A stretch of DNA of 64,000 nucleotides from Eledone cirrhosa. Its lineage: Eukaryota. The position numbers and the translations under genes were made by a program. Shown here piece by piece: positions 40,700-54,398 of the stretch. The stretch spans positions 174,778,001 through 174,842,000 of the forward strand of contig OZ024740.1 in NCBI GenBank assembly GCA_964016885.1. The letters run 5' to 3'. The notes under the pieces are model-generated. The model made no database searches and was not told the DNA's origin. It saw only the letters and a list, made by a program, of their open reading frames with translations. Each line of letters starts with the position of its first letter. The first letter of the stretch is position 1.

Positions 40700-43600
40700 C
40701 GAATATTTTAGAATGTACTTTGCGCGATGTAGGGTGTTAATAAATAAATGATGTAGAAATGACCAAAATATTTTTTTAATATTTTAGTTATCCCCACCCC
40801 CATCCAACCATTTTCTTTTTAAATTTCTATAACGTAAGCCTTTTTTTTTATTCATAAGCTTCAGATTTAGTTATAGCGACACTGAGACACTGAATTTGAA
40901 AGGTTTTCGAATACAACCAATGTAAAAGATGCAACACGCATAATATGTACTTCACTTTATTGGTGTTTTCAGTAATCATGTATATGTGAGAAACCAACTA
41001 CACACTTCATTAAAGATAAAAGGCAAGAAGAAACGAAATTTTCAAGCATCAGAAGCTAAATACCAAGTGCCTTTATGATGCAATTGTTAAAACAAGCTCG
41101 TCTTTCATCAGCATTAATTGCATTAGAAATAAGTGTATCTCCACCCACCTGTGTATCAGAAAGAGAACTGAATTATCTTTCAAGAACTAGACGTGTCTTA
41201 CAATGCGACAGAAGATACTACAACTTTAAATATTGAAAAACAGGAAAATACAACACAGCCTATAGCAAGCGCGATTCAGCATCAAGATGTAAGTTTCTTT
41301 GATTTTGATTTAAAAAAATAGAAAAATGTAATTTTACAAACGCCCTGCGGACAGAAGTATTTTCTGGCTTCTAAGTATTTTCAAAATAGCAAAGAACTAT
41401 TTGTTCCTACACAAAACCGATCAATGAATGAAAGATGGGTTAAAAGAATGCTGGGAAATGAATATAGAGAAAAAAAGTTTGATGCTCATGGCCTGTTTAT
41501 TCTCTAGAAAAAAAAAATCAGCTTTCTATTTTTGTTTTTGTTTTTACTATTTTCAAAAAACACCATTCTGTCTTCATTGGAACAAGAAAATGGATGCAAT
41601 CATTAGAAAGTACTAGAAACGCTTAGTACACATGAAAAGCAAAAAGAAAAATCATCTTCTATACTGCTTCACTCAAGGGAAGGAAATGGAAAGAAATCGT
41701 TTTGGAAATAGAAGAATCGTTGACACAGAGCTTCAAGTTCAAATTGCATCAGAAAAAACAAAAATATCGAGATATTTTCCACAAAATTTTTATTGCAAAA
41801 AATGTTTAGCAACTCAAATTCTTGCATTGTGTGCCCACAAAGAATCCCATAGACAGGAAAAAGAAATCAAATTTGAAATTTGGAGGGACTGTTAAAATTG
41901 TGGGCAAACTTCGATCGTTGTAATAAAAGAACATCTTAAAAATGAGAAAAACAACTCTGAAAACATATATTTATTTTCGTTAATACAAATATAATGTATT
42001 AAATTGATGTCTGTTCCGCTAGAGAGCGGGTCGCAGGTGGCAGATAGTCATGCGGCTGACAGATATGATGGATAGCTGAGATCTAAGTGGGCTCCTGCCG
42101 GACGAATAAGTAACACTGGACCAACAGTGGTAATCTACTAAGGGAGATGGAGCAGTAACACTGTTAGCTCCCAAGAAAACTCTTAGAACCCAGTGATGTA
42201 GCTGCGACGAGGCGAGTAAAGGCCGCCACTAGTCTTTGCGGGTCTGGTAAAAGTACCAAATTGCTGACTGGCGCAAATAATACCACCAAAACACGGCAAT
42301 GTGGCTAAACACAATGAAGGTATTCATACCGCATCGTCCTTCACTCTAGATAACAAGGGACAAGCTCATGCCTTAGGTAGTGGGGCGTGTTTGAAAAATA
42401 GATTGTAGTCCATCTAATGCTGCAAGAACTGGTGATGGGCCTGCGAACTGATCTGTGAAGCCACATAAAGGTTACGTATCCCGAAGCTCCAAAGGTCCGG
42501 AATGGAGCAAACCTTGATAATTGGTAACTGGAATGTTACAATCACTGTAAGTAAAGAGCAGGAACTAGTGGAAGAGGCCAGATGCTACCAGCTAGATATA
42601 GTCGAGGTTTCCTCAACACAGTTCCGTGGATCTAGTACTGTAGATTTGCGTGGAGAAGGGTAACTACACTATTCAGGTGTGGCGCCAGTAATGACTGCAT
42701 ACGCGGGAGCGAGGATATTCACAAGTCCCTGGTTGTCAGAATGTTGTGGACTGGATTCTGAGAACTCCCTGAAACGTAGTGGAGATTTTTCAGCTCGGCA
42801 GTTTCCGCTTCAGCTGTTAAATGATGCGGGTGATGCGGGCGAAAGCGGCTTGGTGAGGTCAAAAATGCCATCCAAGCAAAGAAGGAGGCATACAAAGCTT
42901 GGCTTGGAAATAAGTCGTCCGTCTTGCACCTACAGTACAAGCAGGCGCGAAAGGTTATAGCAAAGACAGTAAAGGCGTCCAAAGTTAAGATATAGGATGA
43001 CTTTGGGGTTAAGCTGGAATCCGTCTTCAGGGCAGCAAATAAAGCATTCTGGCAAACCATCTCCCTACTTCATAAGAAGTCCTCCTCCATACCTGCTGTC
43101 AGGAATGCGTCTGGCGTTCTCCTCTCTTCAAAGAGGTGCGTTCTCGTGAGGTAGAGAGAATATTTTGCTGATCCCCTAAACCCGGACACAACATCTCCTG
43201 ATGTGCATGAGATGCATCAGGAAGCGGTGACTAACATTTCGAAGGCTGAGATCACAAGGGCTCAAATGTTGCAAGTCCCCTGAAGGATGAAATTCGATCC
43301 GAGATGCTAAAAGCTTGGCTGGCCTTCTGTGAGGCCATATCTCACAAATTTTTTTAGCGTTTCTTAAGCCTTATCTGTTGTTTCATGTGTGTCGTTTATC
43401 AATATGTCTTGGTGAGATAAAATCTAGCCATGCTTCTTATTCGATGGGCTTCCAGACAGTTTCTGTCTACCAAATTCCACTCACAAGACTTTAGAGAAGG
43501 TATTCTATGGCTGACTCGTATGTGCCGGGTAGTCTGGATCTCTGTAAAGGCACCTAAGCAATGGCAATTGGAAGTAGTAATTCCAATTTTCAAAAAGGGA

Positions 43601-46150
43601 AAGAAATCAAATTTGAAGTTATTGAGATACCTCGTTGTTAAGCCTCCCCGGTAAAGTCCATGCTAAGTTTCTGGCAAAGAGATGTAGGGAGATTATCGAG
43701 TCCGTTTTCGCCTCGGATGCAGCACACCGACCAAATATTCACGCAGTGGCAGCTCTTTCAGAAATCGTGGGAGTATTGCCAAGAGGTATATGCTTGTTTC
43801 GTAGACCTCAAAGGGGCATCTGTCCGCGTTCCAGGGGACCTGCTGTAACAGCTTTTGCAGAAGAATGAGATATATGGACAGCTTCATTCTAGTCTGATGT
43901 CTCGATACGAATGCCCTAGTATTTGTGTTCGGATAAATAGTGCTAAGTTGAAACCATTCAATGTCGGTGTCTGTTGGAATTTGCGGACGACATAGTATTA
44001 CTTAATTCGTCAGAAGGCTATTTCCGATATAGACTTAATAAGTTTACGGCTGAATGCTTTTCATGGAAAATATGAAAATCAGTGTTGCGAAGACTGAAAC
44101 ACTCGTCCTCCAAGCGAAGCCTGCGCAGTGCATTCTACATGTGAGTGGAGTGCCACTGAAGCAGGTGTAGAAGTTCAAGTATCTCGAAGCCGTGCTCGCG
44201 AGTGACGGAAGGCAGGATGCTAAATTAAGTACAAGAATTGCAGTAATGCGCTAGCTTCAGCATTCAGTCATCGGGAGAAGGGTGGTGTGTGTAAAGGCCA
44301 AATTTGCTATCTTCAATTCGGTATTCGTGCCAACCCTGACCTGTGGTCACGAATCTTGGGTAATGACCGAAAGAATATGATCGGGAAAGCAAGCAGCCGA
44401 ATAGGGTTCCTCAGAAAGATCTTTGGAGTAAGGTTACCCGATAAAATGCGTAGTTCAGAGATAAGAGAGTCGCTCTAGGTAGAGCCACTACTTCTCCGAA
44501 TTGAGAGATCACAATACTATGGGCTGGTCTCGCTTAAGGTTCCAGTTGGATCAATTGGAGACAGTTGCTTATGACAGGACCCTCTGAAAGGCCTGCTTAA
44601 AAGGACTCTGTCCCCATGACTCTCCCAGGAATAAGTGGACGACGAAGGAGAAGAAATTGATGGTTTCTACTGTGCACCATAAACTGTTACATAACATTCA
44701 TAACGCTAAAAATGTTGGTATCATTTTTTATTTTAAACGAGTCAAGAAAATTGAGCGCAATTGCCAGAAACATTGCATTATATTGATATTAATTATAAGA
44801 GAAAATGTTTTACAAAAGAGACTTTATTCTATATATTTAGTTAGAAAGAGAGGACGCTGAAAACATAGTGGAAGTAATTTTGGAAATACCGTTAGAAAAC
44901 ACTTTATCTCAATACTATAATAAATCCCGTAGTTATATAAGTGGTATTTAAGGGAAAGCACTTTTGCAAATTAGGACAATAATTCTTTGAAAATAGTTAG
45001 ATTGCATGCTGCTAACCATGAAATATTTATGGTAACTTTTTTTTACAAGTCAGTTGCTTTATTCATTCTTTTTCTGCTCAACTGTCCGTTGGCAATAACC
45101 AACAGTTATAAAATTTGCATCTGAAACACGATGCCGTTCTAGAACAGAGACTGTGAAACCAATTCATCAATAATTTGATATCATAAACGAACAAAATGAA
45201 AGTGCTTATATAAGGGGTTCATGCAAGACAAGCACTGAATCACATTTTGACTTATTATTCTTTTATATCCCTTTTATTTTGGAATAAAATTCTCATTTCA
45301 AAAACAAAACTACTCCAATATCATACCATGAAGTTTTGCGATGCTGCTTTTGATTTAAAATCCTTTAAGATTATTTTCAAGCCGTTTAAAATTATTTGAC
45401 TAGTAATTCACTTTAAGCTGGACTGAAACTGTGTGATGAAGAAAGACACTCCAGAAAGAAACACATATATCTTGTGAAAAAGCCAAGAATATAGGTTTAA
45501 CTGCAAAAGAAGAAATTACGAGAATAATGAAATAAACTATTGATCGTCTCCATAATGAAATGGAAGGAAGATTTGTCCGTCTCCATGACTGGAATTTAAA
45601 ATTTAAATTTCATTTAGATGCTAGAGAATTACTGTTTGACTGAAATAAAAGCGACAACGACCGAAACGTATATATATATTAAGACAATTGTTACAGCCTT
45701 GGACTATAGCACTAATAAATACGGATCTGATCTTTATGAAGAAATCTTGGATCGTACGATACTTCTGAAAATTTGCCCAAACATTCAGATTTCCAAGATT
45801 TAGGAATTCTTCGAGTTTATTAATCAGTGTGGAGACGAAAATATTTTTTCAAATTTAAGTGTAGCTAATCACATAATGCTCACTATTGCAATATCAGTTG
45901 TCAGCTCTGGGCAGTCTTTCGGTAAGTTGAAATTGATCTGATCATAATTGGGAGCTTCAATGAATCGAAGAAGACATTCGGCTTTAGTCTTACTCAACGT
46001 TAAACGTGAGAAAACTAAGAACACAAGTTTTGATGATATTGATGAATTTCCATAGTCAAAATAAGAAGATTAGAGTTTACAATGAAATTCAAAATTATTC
46101 ATAAAAACAAATAAAAATAGGTGCAAACAAAGCATCTCTTTTAAAATTCC
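40700..46150 (+). mobile_element. Highly decayed hAT (Ac/ZMYM1-like) transposon interrupted by an RTE
   Basis: ~45840-45940 reads IFSNLSVA..IMLTIAISVVSSGQSFGKLKLI (hATC ERSFSKLKLI-like). Limits approximate. Confidence 0.55.
42010..44653 (+). mobile_element. RTE-clade LINE, 5'-to-3' complete but internally deleted and decayed
   Basis: APE start LIIGNWNV, DEIRSEMLKAL, VVIPIFKKG, VYACFVDL, 3' end homologous to 30035-30630, GAA tail; 9-bp TSD AAATTGATG at 42001-42009 and 44654-44662. Confidence 0.88.
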
Positions 46151-46311
46151 ATATAATTTAATTTCCATAAATATTCAAACATTTTTGTATTGTTTTACTT
46201 GTAAATATATAAATATATTTTATATATATATTTTATTTTGTTTCGAGTAAAAATATTGATTACCTTAATAGAAATTAAGATTGTAAAAAATGACTATCTT
46301 TGTCGGTTGTT

Positions 46312-46485
46312 TGTGTTATGATATTGTTGTTATTGTCTTGTGATATTGTTGTTATTATGTTGTGATATTGTTGCTATTGTGTTGTGATATTGTTGTTATT
46401 ATGTTGTGATATTGTTGTTATTGTGTTGTGATATTGTTGTTATTGTGTTGTGATATTGTTGTTATTGTGTTGTGATATTGTTATT
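46312..46485 (+). repeat. 22-bp minisatellite x~8
   Basis: GTGTTGTGATATTGTTGTTATT repeated. Confidence 0.9.
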
Positions 46486-47201
46486 ACAGCTCCACATACG
46501 TATGCTTGGTTGGCCTTCTGTGAGGCCATATCTCACAAATTTGTTTAGTGTTTCTTAAGCCTTATCTGTTGTTTCATGTGTGTCGTTTATCAATATGTGT
46601 CTAGGTGAGATAAAATCTAGCTATGCCTCTTATTCGATGGGCTTCAAGACAGTTTCTGTCTACCAAATTCCACTCACAAGACTTTGATCGATGCGAGGCT
46701 ATGCTAGAAAACACTTAACCATGGTGCCACGCAATGGGTACGAATGAATTCAATTATTGGGCAACACTTCATTGTGGTGTACTGAAACGAATTTACCATT
46801 TAATTAGTTCCAGGCTCATAAGCCAAGTTGATCTATGGACTAAAACTGAGGAAACTCTCATTAGAATTTCGGAAAAATATTTTTCAGCATATGCTTCGGC
46901 TTTTTACGTTCTGGGTTCAAATACTACTAAGATCAACTTCACTTTTCGTTCTTTAGGATGTCGGTAAATATTACATTAGTCAAGTACATATGCCGTTCTA
47001 ATTCATTCCTTCTACCACCACAACCACCAAACTGAGCCAGTGGGAATTAAATAGTGTTGCAAGGAATTTTCCAGAGATTTTATAATCACCCAGTTCTCTC
47101 TCATTTTATGAACCCCGTTCCTTGCTTACACTGTCCTCAGTGATGGTGGATTGGGCCTTTCAGAATTAAATATATTTTCCAGGGCTATACAATAAATGTT
47201 A

Positions 47202-47343
<142 letters not shown>

Positions 47344-47404
47344 AGTTTTATAAACAAATATTGACATACCCTTATCAGGGAGCTTCCAACAGACATGGTC
47401 GCAT

Positions 47405-48341
<937 letters not shown>

Positions 48342-48998
48342 TAAAATAACAGATTAAAGTTTAAGCAAAGAATACTTCTGTATTGTATTTATTTACTTTG
48401 TTCTTAACTCTGTAGCGGAGATTCATTTGGTCTCCTAGTTAGAATTTTAGTCTACGATTTCTGCTATACCATTTACGTGGTTTTGTCTTTGCGTGCTATT
48501 GTTCTCTACGCTCCATATATGACTTATTATCTTCGTTTTTTCGTTCATTGCCAGAGAACGTCTCTATGCACCACCTAAGAGAACATTAGTCTACGACCTC
48601 TTTTATACCATAAACGTGGTTTTGTCTTTGCGCGTAATTGTTTTTCACCGCTCCTATTAATGACGTATTATTCGTTTTTTCCCGTTCTTTGCCAGCGAAC
48701 GTTACCACGAACCAAAGTATCGTCTTCCTGTCTTCCTCCGGTTGCAACGTTTTTTGAAATATCCAGTTCTGCGTTTACAGATTGACTTTGTTAGTTTCAG
48801 AAGATCCCGTTAAGGGTGAAAGCAGCGATTCTTTGCTTAAACTTTAATCTGTTATTTTAATAAATTTTTGCTCTACGGTTCTTATATATTTGATATATAT
48901 TTTCCTTATCGAGCCCTCTTTGGATTTTAGTCTTCAATTTTATTATTATTACTATATATATATAAGAGTGGGAAATGAAATATCGTTTCATTTTTTCC

Positions 48999-49045
<47 letters not shown>

Positions 49046-49176
49046 TATATGTATGTATATATGTATATATATATATATATGTATATGTATATATATATAT
49101 GTATGTATATATGTATATATATATATATATGTATATGTATATATATATATGTATATATATATATATGTATATATAT

Positions 49177-49243
<67 letters not shown>

Positions 49244-49639
49244 ACATGGCGGGTGTTTTCGCGTATGCATGTGTATGTACGTATATGGATGCGTGTATGT
49301 ATATATTTAATTTTTGTTGATTTCAATTACCTCTGTAATTTATTTACATTATTCTTAACTCTGAAGCCGAGAATCATTCGGTTTCCTAAATAGAATTTTA
49401 GTCTACGACTTCAGTTATACCATAAACGTGGCTTTCTCTTTGCGTGTAATTGTTCTTAACGCTCCACATTATGACGTATTATCTTCGTTTTTTCCATTAA
49501 TTGCCATAGAACGTCTCCACGAACCACCTAATAGAATATTAGTCTACGACTTCATTTATACCATAAATGTGGTTTTATCTTTGCGTGTAATTGTTTTCAT
49601 CGTATCAAATAATGACGTATTATCTTCGTTTTTTCCGTT

Positions 49640-49817
49640 GGGTTGGCAGTATCGGTAGAGGGTCGGACGCCATGCTTTGCAACACAGTTACGTCCCTTTA
49701 CGGACTGAGTTCAAATCCCGCCGAGGTTAACTTTACCTTTCATCCTTACGGGTCGATAAAATAAAGTATCAGTAATACACTGCGATAATTGCTGGCCTTG
49801 TGCCAAAAGTAGAAACA
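49640..49817 (+). mobile_element. Young tRNA-derived SINE with ~21-bp TSD inside an HHR element
   Basis: ATTATCTTCGTTTTTTCCGTT at 49619-49639 and 49818-49838. Confidence 0.9.
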
Positions 49818-49945
49818 ATTATCTTCGTTTTTTCCGTTCTTTGCCAGGGAACGTTTCCACGAACCAAATTATCGTCTTCCTGTCTTCCTTCGGTTGCAAC
49901 GTTTTTCGAAATATTTACTTCTGCGTTCACAGATTGATTTTTTTT

Positions 49946-49996
49946 AGTTTCAGAAGATCCCGTTAAGGGTGAAAGCCGCGATTCTTTGCTTAAACT
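49946..49996 (+). ncRNA. Variant type I HHR fold with CAGAAGA core (also 48793-48843, 13544-13593, and 10112-10162 on -)
   Basis: AGTTT-CAGAAGA-T-CCC(gttaa)GGG-T-GAA-AGC(A/C)G...TTGCT-T-AAACT plus distal helix ACAGATTGA/TTAATCTGT. Confidence 0.65.
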
Positions 49997-50103
49997 TTAA
50001 TCTGTTATTTTAATAAATATTTGCTCTACGGTTCTTATATATTTGATATATATCTATCCTTATTGAGCCCTCTTTGGATTTTAGTCTTCAAATTTATTAT
50101 TAT

Positions 50104-50151
<48 letters not shown>

Positions 50152-51856
50152 TTCTCTATATTCACTGTTCCTCTCTGAGGTAAGTGCATTTCATTAAAGC
50201 TTTCCCATAGATTTTGCAAAAAAACTGAAAACATTTGGGGGTGACAGAGACCCAAACAGTTAGAGAAAGGGATGTTGTAGCATTCATGCCCCTTTTAATA
50301 GTTTAATAAGGGAAGTAAAATACATTCAACCAAGAATCGTAACTGGGTCATAAAATGGCTCCAGTGGAAGCTTAGCCCTCTAGAATTTTCAATAAAATCT
50401 CAAGTGGTATACTTTATACCTCGCCCGGTTTAACACTACGTGCCTTTAGTAGAATCCATTCTGTTTGCGAGCATTCGGACGAGGCCTTTGGTTTGAAGAT
50501 GACAAAATGTAATATGCAACCCTTACCCCCTTGATAAAAAAAGGAAGGGAGCTGATTGCCAGTTCGAACCAAGGAAACGATGTTTCCATAGGTCTGATAC
50601 TATCTGCCGGTCGCAACTTCTAGCAGGAGGTTAGATTTAAACTCAGAATACTCACAACTAGGTCATTTACTGCAAGGCACTCTGTCCAATTCTTTTATAA
50701 TTTCGTTAGCCTACCACCTCCTGTTTTATTTATCGACTCCGAAAAAATGAAAGGCACTATTGACCTTGGTAGAATTTGAACTCAAACCACAGTGAGCTGA
50801 TGCATTTAATCCGACACTCTAATGACTGTGTCGATTCGCCTTCTAAACACGAAAAAAAGGTTTTAAAAAGATTAAAGACTACAAAACTTCATTGAGCTAA
50901 ATGAAATCCTATATAAATTATATAATCATATCTACATTTCTTTTATGCCGAATTGTCCTCTCTGAAACATGTTTCAGACAAATTTTATTGTTAGTTTGCC
51001 TGTTCGTTACTCGCCATTTTGTATTTCCTGTATGTAAATTTTTTGTTTATCAAAAAAAAAAAAACCTAGTTTTCCATTACTAACTAACGTGACAACCTGA
51101 AAATTAGCTCAATAGGTAAGTAGCAAGGTAGATTGGTATATGGTAAGACAGGTAGGTCAATGGGTAATAGGTTGGTTGTGAGGTTGATAAATAGCTAGAT
51201 AATTACGTAAATAGGTGTATTAAGTAGCTGGATAGGCAAACATGTATGTATGTAGGTAGGTTAAGAGGGAGGGGGGAGAGATGCAGGTAGACAGGCAGGT
51301 ATGTAGCAAGCTTGTCAGCTAACTTGCTTGGTGTATAGCTAGCTAAAATAAATAGATAGAAAGATAGATATGTTGATACGTAAATAGGAATTAACGAAAT
51401 GATTTTTAAAAAAACTTTTTTTTTTTATAAAAGTGAAAGAAAGACCTCATATAAGGAAAAGAATTAATTAATAATTAATTTGATTTAAATGCTTCGACTA
51501 GATACATTTTTTTTTTCAAATAGGAAAAAAGGTGCCGTATATTATCGTCTTTCTCACAGAGCGAAGCAGACGAAGTTTTCAAGCACATGCTATATGAATA
51601 ATGAAGCATTTTTTTTTTTTTTATCTTCTATTTTCGGTCTGTTGTTGGAATAAACTATTTATAAATATTTTAAATTTGATCATTCGTCTAATTTATTTTC
51701 TACCTCAGAAATAAATAACATAACATAAAAATATCTCCACTTCCATTTCTGCAACGAGGAGATAGATGAATATATATATATATATAAATTATAAAGCGTG
51801 GGGACTCGACGGTTGAGCTCTTGCCTTTTCAACAGTTAGTTCCAGTCTCTCTCTCC

Positions 51857-51906
<50 letters not shown>

Positions 51907-52199
51907 AAGAGAGAGACGATAGAAAGCAAAAGAGCGAGAGTGAAGAAAAGACAGGGGTAGAAAGATAGGCAGACACAGACGGACAGAGAGAAGACAGAAA
52001 AGGAGAAAGAAAGAGAAAGAAAGCTGAGGGGGAAAAGATGTGAAGAACGATCAAGTGAAAGGGACAGAGAGAGAATCAATGTTAATTCCATCTGAGTAGG
52101 GGAAAACTATGAAAAATCCAGTTTATGTTATCGGCTGTGCCCCCATTTTGCAACAGTGAGAGATCGAATTATAAGAAACCCTAGAAGCTCATTTGAATA

Positions 52200-52220
52200 T
52201 CACGTGGTGAGCACGTGACC
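52200..52220. promoter_or_regulatory. Paired CACGTG E-boxes ~1 kb upstream of the ATPase start codon
   Basis: TCACGTGGTGAGCACGTGAC in non-repetitive sequence; function inferred only. Confidence 0.35.
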
Positions 52221-52800
52221 AGCATCCTCCTCTTCTTTTACTCCCTCACCTACCGCTTTCGCAACTCCAACGCCGCCACCAACACCCACTACCTATAGCA
52301 CTATCATCAGCAGCAGCAGAAGTATCACTGTTATACAACAAAACTCACCTACTCTATTTGATGTCGCTTGCATTTAATAAACTAATTTTTTTTTAAATAC
52401 AGATTTTATAGATATTATTAAATAATTAAATAATTGAAAAACACTGTATATATCACACACATATAATATACTTTATGCAGCTTAAAACACACCTTAATTA
52501 CCCGAGCACTAGAGTTTCGTATATATATATATAGAGAGAGAAGGGGGTGAGGGTGCACACAGTGGAGAAAACAAGATTATGAATATATTTCTTTACGATC
52601 AAACTATTAAATTTAGCAAGTTAAATCCATTGGACCCTCTTTGCGATTATTTGTTGCTTTCGTTTTGTTTTGATTGTTGCTTACAAAATATGAAAGAAAT
52701 AAAGAAAAGACAAATATAATTGTGTATATGTAAATATGAATATATAATTACTCATATATATAGACACATATATATATATATATAGACACACACACACAAC

Positions 52801-52868
<68 letters not shown>

Positions 52869-53273
52869 GAATCACATCTAGTTATATTTAGAGACATATT
52901 TCTGTAATACATATATATAGAGATAGATAGATAGATATAGATATATATTGGCAATAGAGAGAGCGGTAGTGTGCAACAAGAAAGCCGAATAGAGAGAGAG
53001 GGGGAGGCAGAGGCAGAGGCAAATGTACAGAAAGAGAGGGAGAAAGAGAAATGGGGAGAAAGAGAGCGACCCTCGCCGCCGTATCTTCCTAAGTGTAAGC
53101 TAGCTATCTTCGGTATATTCCGTCAGTCGCCGGAACGCTTGTCCCCACCCTCTTCTTATACCTTCGCTACTATTAGCACGATTACGTTTGTCGATCGCTA
53201 CGGAAAATACCGATCATTACCGATATCTAAATTACATTACTTCTACATTTATTCGTCATTCTTACACTTAGAG

Positions 53274-53303
53274 ATGGCGTCTAGTAAGGTGAAGTCTCAG
53301 CAG
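53274..53303 (+). CDS. ATP1A: Na+/K+-ATPase alpha exon 1 ([10 protein letters not shown])
   Basis: GAGATGG Kozak context, CAG|GTAAGT donor, phase 0 matches exon 2. Confidence 0.8.
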
Positions 53304-54018
53304 GTAAGTGTCTTTTACAGATATTTCGACATTATCATAACTTTAAAAGCGAATAATTCCCTATTGAATCTCTATTTACATAATAGGATCTTCAATTTTT
53401 AATATTTTCTCTACAGTTTGCTACTGTAGAGGCTTGTCTGTAATTTTGTCCTTCGTTAGGTCATAGTTAGCCGTTACCCTACTTCAATGGGACGGCCTAG
53501 CAAGAAATGGCTTCTCTCATTCGATCTTTTTTTTTAAATTTTCTCCCCCTATTTTATACATGAATTCCATATACATTGCCTTAATTAGATTAACTCAAGA
53601 AAATAATTAAAATCTAAAATTAAAACTTTCTACGTCTATCACTCTGTCGTCTAACAAGTAGTGTATCTCATTTCGTTGGATAGTGGAAAATTTTTACTAT
53701 AAAGCGGAACGCATTCAGAAAAATTTTCCATGCCCGTTATAACCTTAAATTTACTTCGTTCAAATACTATTGTTCTTTTCTACTAATATATATATATATA
53801 TTATATAATGTATATATATTTATATAATGTATATATAATCGGTAGTTTTTGTGTCAAATTCGAAATATTAAATATTTATATACCATCTGTATCAAATGTG
53901 TGTGTGCCACATAAGCTAGCTATAGATATGTAAACCTACGCCCTTAAAAATAATTAAGATATAGTGTCAGATTGTTTTTTTAGGGGGGGGGGGGGGGGGG
54001 GTTGTGTGTGTGTATGTA

Positions 54019-54063
<45 letters not shown>

Positions 54064-54351
54064 TAGAGTCGGTCTGTATATCTTACTAGCTAGTACATTA
54101 ACGGCTGCTGCTGGTGTATATATATTACTTAAACCAGTTACTGCTACTATTTAGTCTCTAGGTTTTAATAGAAGTATCAAGATTACGATTTTTGTGAGGC
54201 CGTCAGAGCATCTATGTTGATTCACTTCTGACGTCAACCTTTTGACTATTTCAGTAATATATGTGTGTATTTGTGCATGCTTATAGGTGTGTACATACAT
54301 ACATATATATATATATTGATAGATAGATAGATAGATCGCATGTATATATAC

Positions 54352-54398
<47 letters not shown>

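Noticed and set aside
52971-53273. Extension of the ATPase CDS upstream in the 143-aa ORF
   Set aside because: Starts at a non-ATG codon in GA-rich sequence; the ATG at 53274 followed by a strong donor is the better start.
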